32,301 nucleotides of DNA from Octopus bimaculoides (lineage: Eukaryota). The notes under the pieces are model-generated. The model was given only the letters and a program-made list of their open reading frames with translations. It was not told the DNA's origin and made no database searches. The stretch lies in assembly GCF_001194135.2 (NCBI RefSeq), contig NC_068983.1, forward strand, positions 53,963,414 to 53,995,714, read 5' to 3'. The translations under genes were made by a program, and so were the position numbers. Positions 31,330-32,301 of this stretch are shown here, one piece after another. How positions within the stretch are numbered: the first letter of the stretch is position 1; each line of letters opens with the position of its first letter.

Positions 31330-31830
31330 GATTTGTAAAATGAACAGTAATTAAAATGGTACGGAAACGTTTAATGAGTATCAAAGATACCAGACAATAT
31401 TTATCAGGCAAGCTTACGATGAGAAGCGAGCTACTTTCCTCGATTTTGCAGTTCACTGCCTAAAACTTGATATTTAAAACAGAACAATTGTTTAGAGAGA
31501 GAGGACAAGTGTACGCAACAATTATGTAAAGAGAGAGACAAGTGTACACAACAGCTGTCATACAAGAAGCTGACATGTAGCACGTACACCACAAAAATCA
31601 AAACAAAAAAAATCAAGAGACGAACGAGCACAAAACCCGCCAGATTCAAAATGGTCCAAAATAATCGGTTTCCTGGAAGCCAGGTAATTGGTTTGGAATC
31701 TGTACAGCAGGTGTGCCATACAGAATTTGCAACCTTTTGGATAGACGTACATGAAAAGTGAAAGTCTTTCTTCGGCAATTTCCGTAAAAAAGTTATATTT
31801 CTCATTTTTTTTTTCTTTTTTACAGCTAAA
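31330..31830. promoter_or_regulatory. Possible promoter / first-exon region
   Basis: No SINE sequence and visibly more CpG than most of the window. Minus-strand donor (C|gtaagc) at about 31417, and a plus-strand ATG (31651) with donor CAG|gtaatt (31683/4). Speculative. Confidence 0.22.
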
Positions 31831-31845
31831 TCGTTATTTTGTTGA

Positions 31846-32081
31846 TAATTATTCAGATTAACGCCCGCACGATCTTCACTAGGGTGTTCGGGTTAGGGTT
31901 ACTGTTTAGGGTTAGGGACGGAATTCCCTAACCCAAACCCTAAAACCCTAACCGTAACCCTAAACTCCTTCGGTAGTAGTCCGAGAAATGTTTTTAGACC
32001 ACGTGTAACCCTAACCCTGACCCTAAAACCCAAACCCTAACACCCTAGTGAAGATCGTGCAGGTGTTAATATGAAAAATTA
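31846..32081. mobile_element. MITE-like element with 43-bp inverted ends filled with degenerate TTAGGG/CCCTAA repeats
   Basis: 31846-31888 versus 32039-32081: 4 mismatches, with a perfect 22-bp core gcacgatcttcactagggtgtt. Terminal TA on both sides. Confidence 0.75.
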
Positions 32082-32301
32082 CCTAGGGTTACGCCGAAAA
32101 CGGGTGGTGTGCTTATTCTTTACCTCCGCCGTGTTTATGTGTATACCTATATATCTTTGTATATGTAAGTAATGTATATGTATGTATTTGTGTATACATG
32201 AAAATAGATGTATGTGTACATATATATACAAATATAGGGTTAGGGTTTGAGTTACGGTTAGGTTTACCCTGTGGATCTATATAAAAACCGGGGGGGGGGG
32301 A

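Noticed and set aside
31890-32301. True telomere or chromosome end at the window end
   Set aside because: The repeats are short, degenerate, in both orientations and enclosed by inverted ends. There is no long pure (TTAGGG)n.

Overview
AT-rich, repeat-dense eukaryotic genomic DNA from a gapped short-read assembly. The SINE repertoire and microsatellite load look like Octopus (inference). There is no prokaryotic content, CRISPR array or intact autonomous transposon, and almost all ORF-track entries are microsatellite, SINE or N-gap artefacts. Two spliced protein genes can be assembled by hand. (1) On the minus strand, a universal stress protein (Usp domain) with exons 14252-14172, 12932-12826 and 9612-9379, an intact G-2x-G-9x-GS ATP-binding motif and a His-rich tail. 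Its first coding exon was not found in the sequenced bases. (2) On the plus strand, the C-terminal part of an unrecognised Lys/Glu-rich helical protein (exons 1773-1868, 3355-3453, 4563-4626). Its last exon is ambiguous (6958 or 22864); the second option would nest the USP gene in its last intron. The rest consists of several modular SINE families (my working labels A-E), MITEs of Tc1/mariner, piggyBac-like and hAT type, a non-autonomous Helitron-like element, a decayed LINE fragment and several long hairpins. The most unusual observations are a 5S-rRNA-headed SINE chimera, a TTAGGG-filled MITE, a perfect 50-bp palindrome with two DR2 nuclear-receptor motifs, a MITE with an internally amplified 85-bp unit, and a SINE dimer with a triplicated target site. 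None is proven novel without database searches. SINE boundaries are approximate, to within about 10-20 bp.
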